Shown here piece by piece: positions 5,059-14,366 of a stretch of DNA of 31,908 bases. This DNA is from Desulfovibrionaceae bacterium. Lineage in GTDB: Bacteria > Desulfobacterota > Desulfovibrionia > Desulfovibrionales > Desulfovibrionaceae. The stretch is taken from positions 1 to 31,908 of the forward strand of contig JAGADT010000157.1 in the NCBI GenBank assembly GCA_017613475.1. The letters run 5' to 3'. Every line of letters starts with the position of its first letter. Position 1 is the stretch's first letter. The position numbers were made by a program, and so were the translations under genes. The notes below the pieces were generated by a model. That model saw nothing but the letters and a program-made list of their open reading frames with translations, made no database searches and was not told the DNA's origin.

Positions 5059-8000
5059 ATGCCGAAGCGTACAGATCTCCACAAAATCCTCATCATCGGT
5101 TCCGGCCCGATCATCATCGGGCAGGCCTGCGAATTCGACTACTCAGGAACACAGGGCATCAAGGCCCTCAAGGAAGAGGGCTACGAAATTGTTCTCGTCA
5201 ACTCCAATCCGGCGACGATTATGACCGACCCCGGACTGGCGGACCGCACCTATATCGAACCCATTGAGCCGGAAACCGTGGCGGCCATTGTCCGCAAGGA
5301 GCGCCCGGACGCCATCCTCCCCACGCTTGGCGGCCAGACGGGCCTGAATACGGCCCTTGAGCTTGCCAGGATGGGCGTGCTGGATGAATGCGGTACGGAG
5401 CTTATCGGCGTGCGTGCAGAATCCATTGAAAAGGCCGAAAGCCGCGAGCTGTTCCGCGAATGCATGCAGCGCATCGGCCTCAAGGTGCCTGCCAGCCGCA
5501 TTGTCCGCAGCATGGAGGAAATGCGCGAAGCCGCCAAAGAGCTGCCCTTCCCGCTTATCATCCGCCCGGCCTTCACCCTTGGCGGCACGGGCAGCGGCGT
5601 TGCCTACAACATGGAGGACCTTGAAGCCATCGTTGCCGATGGCCTGACCGCCAGCATGACGCACGAAGTTTTGCTGGAGCAGTCGGTCCTGGGCTGGAAA
5701 GAGCTGGAAATGGAGCTGGTGCGCGACAAGGATGACAACACCGTGGTCGTCTGCTCCATCGAGAACTTCGATGCCATGGGCGTGCACACCGGCGACTCCA
5801 TCACCGTGGCCCCGGCCCAGACGCTCAGCCCCGAAATCTACCGCAAAATGCTGGACGCCTCCATTGCCATCATGCAGGAAATCGGCGTCTGCGCCGGCGG
5901 CTCCAACATGCAGTTCGCCATCAACCCCAAAGACGGGGAAATGGTCGTCATTGAAATGAACCCGCGCGTTTCGCGCTCCTCGGCGCTGGCCTCCAAGGCC
6001 ACGGGCTTCCCCATCGCCCGCATTTCCGCCAAGCTCGCCGTGGGCTACACCCTGGATGAACTGCGCAACGACGTGGCCCAGAACCCCACCAAGTGCTACG
6101 AGCTGGCCATTGACTACTGCGTTATCAAAATCCCCCGCTTCAATTTTGAAAAATTCCCGGGCTCCAAGGACGAGCTGACCACCTCCATGAAGAGCGTCGG
6201 CGAAACCATGGCCCTGGGCCGCACCTTCAAGGAAGCGCTGCAGAAAGGCCTGCGCTCGCTTGAAATCGGCGCCGCCGGCCTTGGCGGGAACTTCCGCGCC
6301 GCCGTGCCCTCCGTTTCCGAGCTTATGCCCAAGCTGCGCATCCCCAATTCGCGCCGCATCTTTGCCGTGCGCGACGCCATGCTCGCCGGCATGAGCATTG
6401 AAGAAATCTACGAGGCCACCTGGATCGACCCCTGGTTCCTCAACGAAGTCAAGGACATCGTTGATGAGGAGCAGGCCATCCGCGACTTCGCCCTGGCCAA
6501 CGACACCACCCCCGCCAATCCGGAGCTCAAGCCTGTGCTTCAGCGCGCCAAGGAAATGGGCTTTTCCGACAGGCAGCTGGCCGAAATGTGGCGCCGCCCT
6601 GAAAGCGACATCCGCGCGCTGCGCAAGGCCACGGACGTGACGCCGGCCTACGGGCTCGTGGGCACCTGCGCCGCGGCCTTCAAGACCATGCCCTACTTCT
6701 TTTCCACCTACGGAAAGGGCGAGGAACTGCCCCCCACCTCCGGCCGCAAGGTCATGATCCTTGGCGGCGGCCCCAACCGCATCGGCCAGGGCATTGAGTT
6801 TGACTACTGCTGCTGCCATGCCTCCTACGCCCTCAGGGATGCCGGCGTGCAGGCCATCATGGTCAACTCCAACCCCGAAACCGTTTCCACCGACTACGAC
6901 ACCTCAGACCGCCTCTTCTTTGAACCCCTGACCTTTGAGGACGTGCTGCAGCTCGTTGAGCTGGAACGCCCGGACGGCGTCATCGTGCAGTTTGGCGGGC
7001 AGACCCCGCTTAACCTCGCCGTGCCGCTGATGCGCGCGGGCGTGCCCATCCTTGGCACCAGCCCCGATGCCATTGACCGCGCCGAAGACCGCGAGCGCTT
7101 CCAGGCGCTCCTCAAAAAGCTCTCCCTCCGCCAGCCGGCCAACGGCACGGCCCGCACGGTGGAAGAAGCCTGCGCGGTGGCGAGGGAAATCCACTACCCC
7201 ATCCTGGTGCGCCCCAGCTACGTGCTTGGCGGACGCGCCATGCAGGTCGTGTACGATGACGCCCAGCTCATGGAATACTTCGCCCGCCATGTGGGCAGCC
7301 AGGTCCTGGAGCACCCCATCCTCATCGACAAGTTCCTTGAAAACGCCATCGAGGTTGATGTGGACGCCCTTGCCGACGGCACGGACGTGTATGTGGCCGG
7401 CATCATGGAGCACATTGAAGAAGCCGGCATCCATTCCGGCGACTCCTCCTGCACGCTGCCGCCCTATTCGCTCCCGCAGGACATCATCGATGAAATCGAG
7501 CGCCAGACCCGCGCCCTCGCGCTGGAACTGCGCGTTGTCGGCCTGATGAACATCCAGTACGCCGTGAAGGACGGCGTGGTTTACATCCTCGAAGTCAATC
7601 CCCGGGCCTCGCGCACGGCGCCCTTTGTCTCCAAGGCAACGGGCGTGCCGCTGCCCCGCCTTGCCACGCAGATCATGATGGGCAAGACGCTGAAGGAGCT
7701 GAACCCCGACTCCATGCGCCGTTCGGGCTACACGGCCGTAAAGGAAGCCGTGTTCCCCTTCCGCCGCTTCCCGGGCGTGGATATCCTCCTTGGACCTGAA
7801 ATGCGCTCCACAGGCGAAGTCATGGGCATTGCGCCGACCTTTGAGGAAGCCTTCCTCAAGAGCCAGCTTGCCGCAGGGCAGAAGCTGCCTACCTCCGGGC
7901 GCGTCTTCATCTCCGTCAATGACAGCGACAAGCCGCAGGTCCTCCCCGTTGCCCGCCTCTTTGCGGACATGGGCTTTGAGCTGCTGGCCACCGCCGGCAC

Positions 8001-8301
8001 AGCCGCCACGCTGACGGCCGCGGGCATTCCGGCCGTGCGCGTGCACAAGCTGAGCGAGGGACGCCCCAACGTGGTGGACTACATCAAGAACAACGAGATC
8101 TCCCTGGTCGTCAACACGGCCTCCGGCAAAAACACCGCCGGCGACTCCAGGACCATCCGCCAGATCACCCTCCAGTACGGCCTGCCCTACACAACCACCA
8201 TCTCCGGCGCCAGGGCCATTGCGCGGTCCATTAAGTCAACCCTGGGCAAAGACTCCGGGAATATCCTTGTAACCGCGCTGCAAACCTACTACACTGAGTA
8301 A
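5059..8301 (+). CDS. carB: Carbamoyl-phosphate synthetase large subunit
   Basis: 1080 aa, MPKRTD...[10 protein letters not shown], two ATP-grasp domains and a C-terminal MGS-like allosteric domain; GGAGG SD. Confidence 0.99.
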   Translation: MPKRTDLHKILIIGSGPIIIGQACEFDYSGTQGIKALKEEGYEIVLVNSNPATIMTDPGLADRTYIEPIEPETVAAIVRKERPDAILPTLGGQTGLNTALELARMGVLDECGTELIGVRAESIEKAESRELFRECMQRIGLKVPASRIVRSMEEMREAAKELPFPLIIRPAFTLGGTGSGVAYNMEDLEAIVADGLTASMTHEVLLEQSVLGWKELEMELVRDKDDNTVVVCSIENFDAMGVHTGDSITVAPAQTLSPEIYRKMLDASIAIMQEIGVCAGGSNMQFAINPKDGEMVVIEMNPRVSRSSALASKATGFPIARISAKLAVGYTLDELRNDVAQNPTKCYELAIDYCVIKIPRFNFEKFPGSKDELTTSMKSVGETMALGRTFKEALQKGLRSLEIGAAGLGGNFRAAVPSVSELMPKLRIPNSRRIFAVRDAMLAGMSIEEIYEATWIDPWFLNEVKDIVDEEQAIRDFALANDTTPANPELKPVLQRAKEMGFSDRQLAEMWRRPESDIRALRKATDVTPAYGLVGTCAAAFKTMPYFFSTYGKGEELPPTSGRKVMILGGGPNRIGQGIEFDYCCCHASYALRDAGVQAIMVNSNPETVSTDYDTSDRLFFEPLTFEDVLQLVELERPDGVIVQFGGQTPLNLAVPLMRAGVPILGTSPDAIDRAEDRERFQALLKKLSLRQPANGTARTVEEACAVAREIHYPILVRPSYVLGGRAMQVVYDDAQLMEYFARHVGSQVLEHPILIDKFLENAIEVDVDALADGTDVYVAGIMEHIEEAGIHSGDSSCTLPPYSLPQDIIDEIERQTRALALELRVVGLMNIQYAVKDGVVYILEVNPRASRTAPFVSKATGVPLPRLATQIMMGKTLKELNPDSMRRSGYTAVKEAVFPFRRFPGVDILLGPEMRSTGEVMGIAPTFEEAFLKSQLAAGQKLPTSGRVFISVNDSDKPQVLPVARLFADMGFELLATAGTAATLTAAGIPAVRVHKLSEGRPNVVDYIKNNEISLVVNTASGKNTAGDSRTIRQITLQYGLPYTTTISGARAIARSIKSTLGKDSGNILVTALQTYYTE

Positions 8302-8308
8302 AAACACA

Positions 8309-8336
8309 GGGCGGGGGACTTAAAGGTTCCCCGCCC
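8309..8336. other. GC-rich intergenic stem-loop between carB and purF
   Basis: GGGCGGGGGAC-TTAAAG-GTTCCCCGCCC; no U-tract on the plus strand, so more likely a stabilising or processing hairpin than a terminator. Confidence 0.5.
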
Positions 8337-8374
8337 GTCCACGCCCCATCCCCCGGAAAAGGAGGGTTCCCTGC

Positions 8375-9757
8375 ATGTGCGGACTCTTTGGCATTTCCAA
8401 CCATCCAGAAGCCTCCCGCATGGCCTATTTCGGCCTCTACGCGCAGCAGCACCGGGGGCAGGAAAGCGCGGGCATTGCCGCCCATGACGAAACGGGCATC
8501 CACGCCCACACAGGCATGGGCCTTGTTCCCGACGTGTTTGACGAGGCGGCGCTGAACCGCCTCACAGGCAGCGCCGCCATCGGGCATGTGCGCTACTCCA
8601 CAACCGGGTCTTCCGCCCTGCGCAACGCCCAGCCGCTTGTCGTGCACATCCGGGGCCTCAACCTCGCGCTCGCCCACAACGGCAACCTGACCAACGCCGC
8701 CGCCCTGCGCCGCGAGCTGGAAGAGCAGGGCTCCATTTTCCAGACCAACAGCGACAGCGAGACCTTTGTCCACCTCATCGCCCATGGCATGAAAAGCGCC
8801 GCCTCCCTGGAGGAGGCCATACGGGCGGCCTGCGCGCGCGTGCAGGGCGCCTACTCCCTGGTCATCCTGGCTGAGGGGCGCCTCATTGCCATCCGCGATC
8901 CGCACGGCTTCCATCCCCTGGCGCTGGGACGCGCCGAAAAATCCTGGGTTGTCGCCTCGGAAACCTGCGCCCTGGACCTGCTGGAAGCGGAATACATCCG
9001 CGACATCGATCCGGGGGAAATGCTCATCATCTCCGGCGATAACCTCAACTCCCAAAAGCTGGACGGAGCGGGGAGCGTGCCCATCCGCCAGTGCATTTTT
9101 GAGCTCGTCTACTTTGCCCGGCCGGATTCCCGCATTTTTGGAGAAGAGGTCTACACCTGCCGCAAAAACATGGGGCTGGAACTGGCCAAAGAAGCCCCCA
9201 GCGAAGCCCAGCTCACCATGCCCTTCCCCGATTCCGGCATTTATGCCGCCATCGGCTATTCGCAGGGCACGGGCATTCCCTACGAGCACGCCCTCATCCG
9301 CAACCACTATGTGGGCCGCACCTTCATCCAGCCTTCCCAGGGCATGCGCAGCTTCGGCGTGCGGGTAAAGCTCAACCCCGTGCGCTCCGTCATCAGCGGC
9401 AGGCATATCTGCGTTATCGATGACTCCGTTGTCCGCGGAACGACCATGCGCACCCGCGTGGGCAAGCTCAGGGAGCACGGCGCAAAAATTGTGGACGCGC
9501 GCATCAGCTGCCCGCCCGTGCGCTTCCCCTGCTTTTACGGCGTGAACTTCTCCACCGCGGAGGAGCTTACCGCAGCCAGGCATCCGCTCAGCGAGCTGCC
9601 CCGCCTCCTCAACCTGGATTCCCTCTGCTATTTGAGCATCGAGGGACTGCTTAGGACGGTAAAGGAGCCGGACCATTACTGCCTCGCCTGCTTCAACGGC
9701 AGCTACCCCACGCCTGTGCCCTCCTGCAGCGGCTGCAAAGCCTGCGGCCAGGCGTAA
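8375..9757 (+). CDS. purF: Amidophosphoribosyltransferase
   Basis: N-terminal MCG, QHRGQESAG, GHVRYST, AHNGNL, PRPP motif IDDSVVRGTT, Fe-S cysteines (CIFE, CFYG, CLAC). Confidence 0.98.
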   Translation: MCGLFGISNHPEASRMAYFGLYAQQHRGQESAGIAAHDETGIHAHTGMGLVPDVFDEAALNRLTGSAAIGHVRYSTTGSSALRNAQPLVVHIRGLNLALAHNGNLTNAAALRRELEEQGSIFQTNSDSETFVHLIAHGMKSAASLEEAIRAACARVQGAYSLVILAEGRLIAIRDPHGFHPLALGRAEKSWVVASETCALDLLEAEYIRDIDPGEMLIISGDNLNSQKLDGAGSVPIRQCIFELVYFARPDSRIFGEEVYTCRKNMGLELAKEAPSEAQLTMPFPDSGIYAAIGYSQGTGIPYEHALIRNHYVGRTFIQPSQGMRSFGVRVKLNPVRSVISGRHICVIDDSVVRGTTMRTRVGKLREHGAKIVDARISCPPVRFPCFYGVNFSTAEELTAARHPLSELPRLLNLDSLCYLSIEGLLRTVKEPDHYCLACFNGSYPTPVPSCSGCKACGQA

Positions 9758-9804
9758 GGCTCCGCAAACCCGGGCACATACGCAGCCAAAAGCGCAGGTA
9801 AGCC

Positions 9805-10905
9805 ATGCCATCGCCGCACGCCATCGCCGTTTGGAACACCGCGTTCCTTGGGGACGCCGTCCTTACCCTGCCGCTTGTGCGCACGCTGAAAACAGCCTTC
9901 CCCGAAGCTGACATTGATTTTTACGTCCGGGCCGGGCTGGGAACGCTCTTTGCCGCCCAGCCGGAACTCAGGCGGGTCTTTGAAATCCAAAAAGGCAGGC
10001 AGGGCATCGGCGCCCTGCGGGCGCAGTGCCAGGACATCGCGGCGCGCCGCTATGATGTGTGGGTTGACGCGCACCCAAGCCCCCGCTCCGCCCTTATCGC
10101 CCGCTTCAGCGGCGCCCCCCTGCGCGTGGGCTATTCAGGGCTGCCGCGCAGCCTTGCCTTTACCCACGCCGTGCCCAGGCGCTTTGACGAACTGGATGAA
10201 ATCGAACGCCTGCTCCAGCTCACCACGCCCGTATTCCGGCACTTCAATATCCAGCTCCCGGGCTTCAGCCCCGATATCCCGGATGACGATCTGCACTGGC
10301 CCTGCCTGGCCCTTGCGGAAGAGGCCTGCGGACACGCGAAAGCCTTTTTCTCCTCCCTGCCTGCCGGCCCCTGCCTGGGGCTCCACCCGGGTTCACGCTG
10401 GGCCACAAAACGCTGGACGCCGGAAGGCTTTGCCGGCATTGCCAGAAAAGCCGCCGGCATTGGCGCGAACGTCCTCGTGTTTTCCGGATCACAGGAGGAA
10501 ACGCTCATTGCCCGCGAGGTCATCCGCCTTGCCGGGCTTGAGGGCTCCCCGCGGCTCTTCGACCTTTCCGGCTCCCTGCCACTGCCGCATCTGGCCGCCT
10601 TCCTCAGGCGCCTTTCCGTGTACGTAAGCAACGATTCAGGGCCGCTCCACCTTGCCTGGTGCCAGCGTGTGCCGACAGCAGCCATCTTTGGGCCAACAGT
10701 CCGCCGCCTCGGCTTTTTCCCCAGGGGGAAAAGCAGCACCGTGCTGGAAGTGCCGGAAAGCGAGCTTGCCTGCCGCCCATGCAGCCTGCACGGCCCCAAT
10801 GCCTGCCCCCAAAGGCACCACCGCTGCATGAAAGACATCCTGCCGGAAGAGGTCTGGCAGCATGTCCAGCCCTATCTGGGCCAGTCCGGCACCAGCCCTG
10901 AATAA
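9805..10905 (+). CDS. GT9-family LPS heptosyltransferase (WaaC/WaaF-like)
   Basis: AFLGDAVLTLP, GLHPGSRWATKRW, YVSNDSGPLHLA, IFGPT motifs. Confidence 0.92.
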   Translation: MPSPHAIAVWNTAFLGDAVLTLPLVRTLKTAFPEADIDFYVRAGLGTLFAAQPELRRVFEIQKGRQGIGALRAQCQDIAARRYDVWVDAHPSPRSALIARFSGAPLRVGYSGLPRSLAFTHAVPRRFDELDEIERLLQLTTPVFRHFNIQLPGFSPDIPDDDLHWPCLALAEEACGHAKAFFSSLPAGPCLGLHPGSRWATKRWTPEGFAGIARKAAGIGANVLVFSGSQEETLIAREVIRLAGLEGSPRLFDLSGSLPLPHLAAFLRRLSVYVSNDSGPLHLAWCQRVPTAAIFGPTVRRLGFFPRGKSSTVLEVPESELACRPCSLHGPNACPQRHHRCMKDILPEEVWQHVQPYLGQSGTSPE

Positions 10906-10938
10906 ACGATACATCCAACCATCCCGGAGGGTCTTAAC

Positions 10939-11664
10939 ATGCGCCTCTTTTTCGCCCTCGCGCTCATCGCCGCCGTATCCTGCGCCATCATTGGCTGCCG
11001 CGAACAAAAGCCCCTTATCCGCGGCGTGGCCGAAAACATGCTGGTTTCGCCCAACAGGCCGGATATTGCCGTCAGCCCGGCCGCATCCTTCACGCTTGTG
11101 GATGCGTACCGCGCGGACCCGGCCATAATGCCCATGAACACCAATGTCCTGGCGACAACAAAGCTCTGGTGCGCCCGCTATGCCTCATCCAGTCCGGAAG
11201 CCCGCCTCTTCGCCATGTTTGGCGAGGTGGACGATCCCTGGACATGGCACCCCAGCCCCAAAAGCCCGGCCAAGCTCCTCCGCCGCAGGGACAACGTGGT
11301 TATGGCGGGTTTTGATGGCACGGCCATGACCTATATCCTCCCTGCCGAACACGACCCGTGGCGCATTGGCCCCGAGCCAGCCCCCTGGAACAGGGGCAGC
11401 CTTGTCTGGCGCTTCAGGTTCAACGCCTTCTTCCACCATTTTACCGTGCTGGTGGAATACCGCGAACCGCTTGAAGAGGGCATAGAAAACGATCCCGCAG
11501 CCCTTGCCGACTTTGAAAAGCGGGCGAAAAGCGCCTTTGCCCTGCTGAGGGGAAAAGAGGGCTCCCTGCCACGGCCCGCCCAGAACCTGCCGTATCCTCC
11601 CAGGGAACTGAAGCGCTCAGAACTGGGCAAAACCCTGGGACCCGTCTGGGGCGAAAAGCAATAA
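10939..11664 (+). CDS. Putative lipoprotein of unknown function
   Basis: 241 aa; hydrophobic leader with lipobox-like IIGC at residue 20; no family recognised with confidence. Confidence 0.7.
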   Translation: MRLFFALALIAAVSCAIIGCREQKPLIRGVAENMLVSPNRPDIAVSPAASFTLVDAYRADPAIMPMNTNVLATTKLWCARYASSSPEARLFAMFGEVDDPWTWHPSPKSPAKLLRRRDNVVMAGFDGTAMTYILPAEHDPWRIGPEPAPWNRGSLVWRFRFNAFFHHFTVLVEYREPLEEGIENDPAALADFEKRAKSAFALLRGKEGSLPRPAQNLPYPPRELKRSELGKTLGPVWGEKQ

Positions 11665-11684
11665 CGCGCAGCGCCTGAAAACAA

Positions 11685-11724
11685 AACAGAACGCGCCAGC
11701 CGTAAATGGCTGGCGCGTTCTGTT
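11685..11724. terminator. Bidirectional terminator between convergent genes
   Basis: Perfect 17-bp inverted repeat AACAGAACGCGCCAGCC-GTAAAT-GGCTGGCGCGTTCTGTT. Confidence 0.85.
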
Positions 11725-11742
11725 GAACAGGCATGAAAAATT

Positions 11743-12891
11743 TCAGCGGGGATTTCCGCACAAAGCCTGCTCCACCATGCCGCACAGGGCATGGCCCACA
11801 AGAATGTGCATCTCCTGAATCCTGGGGGTATGCGAAGAAGGGACGTTCAGCAAAACATCCGCAAGGGCGGCCATTTTTCCGCCGCCCTGCCCTGTAAGCG
11901 CGATGCAGGAAAGCCCCTGATCCCTCGCGGCCTGCATGGCAGCAAGCACGTTGCCGCTGTTTCCGCTGGTGGAAATGCCCACCAGCACGTCGCCCGCATT
12001 GCCGAGCGCCTGCACCTGCCGCTCAAAAACATGCCCGTAGCCGTAATCGTTGCTGATGGCCGTGAGCGCGGAGGTATCGCAGTGCAGGGCCACGGCAGCC
12101 AGCGGACGGCGGTCAAAGCCATAACGGCCCGTTAATTCCGCCGCCAGGTGCTGCGCATCCGCCGCGGAGCCGCCATTGCCGCAGAAAAGGATTTTTCCGC
12201 CTGCGGCAAGAGAGCGGGCAATCAGTCCGGCAGCCTCAGCCACCCTGGGCGCGAGAGCCGGCAAGGCCGTAAGGCACTGCGTATGCTCGGAAACATTTTC
12301 AAGAAACACGTCCGCCTTAAGCGCTGCTTCGTTCATGGGCTGCCTGCCTCCCCCTCGTGAAACCTGAGCCAAAATCCAGCGCACGGCATCGGCAAAGCTC
12401 TCCGCAACGTGCTCGGCTCCCGCCGTATCCGCCGCTTTTTCGCGTCCCGTCCGCACCAAAACGCCCTTTGCGCCGACATTGTGGGCCAGCTCCACATCGC
12501 ACGGCTTGTCGCCCACAACTACGGCGTTTGACAAATCAGCGCCCATGGACCTGGCGGCATCCAGGGCCATGCCCGGATTGGGCTTGCGGCAGCGGCACTG
12601 CTCCTCCGGCGCGTGGGGGCAGAACCAAATGCCTTCCAGCCGGACGCCAAACGCCGCCAGCAGCTCTTCCATGCGCCTGTTGACGGCGTGCATGTCCGCC
12701 TCTGCATAGTACCCGCGCCCGATGCCGGACTGGTTGGTCAGCACTCCCAGCCGGCAGCCCGCTTCGGCCAAGGCCTTAAGGCCTTCGCCAACGCCTGGCA
12801 GAAGCACAACGCCGGCAGGGTCGTGCAGGTAATGCCTGTCTTCAATCAGGGTGCCGTCATGGTCCAGCAAAACCACACAGCCTTCAGACAC
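11743..12891 (-). CDS. gmhB-gmhA: Fused D,D-heptose-1,7-bisphosphate phosphatase (GmhB, HAD-IIIA) and phosphoheptose isomerase (GmhA, SIS)
   Basis: N-half [40 protein letters not shown]-half [35 protein letters not shown] start with GGAGG SD; no stop codon between the domains. Confidence 0.92.
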   Translation of the reverse strand: MSEGCVVLLDHDGTLIEDRHYLHDPAGVVLLPGVGEGLKALAEAGCRLGVLTNQSGIGRGYYAEADMHAVNRRMEELLAAFGVRLEGIWFCPHAPEEQCRCRKPNPGMALDAARSMGADLSNAVVVGDKPCDVELAHNVGAKGVLVRTGREKAADTAGAEHVAESFADAVRWILAQVSRGGGRQPMNEAALKADVFLENVSEHTQCLTALPALAPRVAEAAGLIARSLAAGGKILFCGNGGSAADAQHLAAELTGRYGFDRRPLAAVALHCDTSALTAISNDYGYGHVFERQVQALGNAGDVLVGISTSGNSGNVLAAMQAARDQGLSCIALTGQGGGKMAALADVLLNVPSSHTPRIQEMHILVGHALCGMVEQALCGNPR

Positions 12892-12961
12892 AGCGCCTCC
12901 AAAGCAGGATACTGCGGTTTATGCCGCGCAAAAGCCCACAGCCTTCAAAGCGATGCCTTGC

Positions 12962-13543
12962 CTAAAACGGCACATCATCCATCTGCTGCGCTTCGGAAGG
13001 GAATACCGGGCCGTCATCAGGAGCGCTGCCCTGCTGCGGCGGGAAGGCGGGAGCAGGCTGATTCAGATCCTGGGGCTGCGCCTGGTAGTTCGCGGCGGGA
13101 CCGCCATTTCCCTGCTGGTAGAACGGCGGCTCGTCAATCTGCCGGGCTCCGGACTGCGGGGCACTAGGCTGCGGCGCAGGGGAGTATCCTCCTCCGTACG
13201 CTCCGTCACCCTGCGCGTCGCGGCGGTCTAAAAACTGCACGCGCTGCGCACGGATTTCCGTTGAATACCGGTCCTGGCCGTTCTGATCCTGCCATTTGCG
13301 GGTCTGGAGGTTTCCCTCCACATACACAAGGCTGCCTTTCCTGAGGAAATTCTTGCAGTTTTCCGCGGCACGCTGAAACACGATCACACGGTGCCACTCT
13401 GTGCGTTCCACGCGCTGGCCCTGCTGATCCTTGTACGATTCGTCCGTCGCGATATTCAGCGTGCAGACGGGCGCGCCGGCCTGGGAATAACGGAGTTCGG
13501 GATCACGCCCCAGCCTTCCGATAATCATCACCTTATTCAGCAT
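12962..13543 (-). CDS. ssb: Single-stranded DNA-binding protein
   Basis: MLNKVMIIGRLGRDPELRY, TEWHRV, Q/P-rich linker, C-terminal DDVPF. Confidence 0.99.
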   Translation of the reverse strand: MLNKVMIIGRLGRDPELRYSQAGAPVCTLNIATDESYKDQQGQRVERTEWHRVIVFQRAAENCKNFLRKGSLVYVEGNLQTRKWQDQNGQDRYSTEIRAQRVQFLDRRDAQGDGAYGGGYSPAPQPSAPQSGARQIDEPPFYQQGNGGPAANYQAQPQDLNQPAPAFPPQQGSAPDDGPVFPSEAQQMDDVPF

Positions 13544-13607
13544 CTTGCTCTGCCTCCCAAAAACTGCCTGCCCAGCGGCGGCAGCATGTCTTCATGCGCG
13601 GGGCGCT

Positions 13608-14258
13608 TTAAGCGCGCTCCTTCCATTCAGTCTGGACCCTGAGGACCAATTCTTCAACCACGGCAAGCTGGCTCTCCGGGCAAACCCCAAGAAGGGGCGC
13701 CCCCGCGTCCACATTCTGGTTGTGCTTGAAATAGACTGTGTAGATGATGCCGCCTGGCCCTGTGTAGTACACGGGCGTTTCACGCTTCATGCGTGACATG
13801 ATCAGCAGCTCCATGCCATGATGCACCGTCACGGAACGCGATCCGCCGGTCTTGATCTTTATGTCCACAGCCGGGGTAAAATAATACTTTGCGCGTTCAG
13901 GAGCCGTAAAAAGATGCAGCGCGTGCTTCAGCAGCATGCTGATGACTTCCTCGCGGCTCAGAAAATGGCGCACCACGGCAAGAGGGGTTCCCGCTTCAAC
14001 GAACTTTCCCTCAAGCTCCGTATGCAGCTCGCGCAGCTCGCCGCTCTGCATGGCCGTCACAGGCTTTGGATTGCGCTCCCTGGTTAACGTGGCAAGGAGC
14101 GTTCCCGGGCGTTCCTTCCACTCTCCGCTCACGCCGGAAACCATGTCCCCCGGACGGCATGACTCAAAAGCAACCACGCCCGTGTGGGGCGCACGAATAA
14201 CGATCTCCTCATGGGGCGAAGCCTTGATGTCCTCAAGGAGACGGGTGATATCCAGCAT
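13608..14258 (-). CDS. Biotin/lipoyl-attachment domain protein (atypical BCCP, two tandem biotinyl-like domains)
   Basis: IRAPHTGVV start, GKFVEAGTPLAVV and NQNVDAGAPLLGV domain ends, SRMKRE at the biotinyl-lysine position; last gene of the carboxylase operon. Confidence 0.75.
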   Translation of the reverse strand: MLDITRLLEDIKASPHEEIVIRAPHTGVVAFESCRPGDMVSGVSGEWKERPGTLLATLTRERNPKPVTAMQSGELRELHTELEGKFVEAGTPLAVVRHFLSREEVISMLLKHALHLFTAPERAKYYFTPAVDIKIKTGGSRSVTVHHGMELLIMSRMKRETPVYYTGPGGIIYTVYFKHNQNVDAGAPLLGVCPESQLAVVEELVLRVQTEWKERA

Positions 14259-14366
14259 GGCAAATCCTGTACGCTGTAACGCCGCCGAAGCTCCGGCGGG
14301 ATCGTGTTTATGGTCAAAAACGGTGCGGGCAAACGCGCCGCAGCCAGCCCGCGCAGGGCAGCGCGG

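Noticed and set aside
5143-9811. Long antisense ORFs (558, 380 and 526 aa) opposite carB and purF
   Set aside because: Shadow ORFs expected from high-GC codon bias; no recognisable motifs, and they fully overlap confident genes. The same applies to 3261..4208, 14304..15458, 18078..19073 and similar ORFs.
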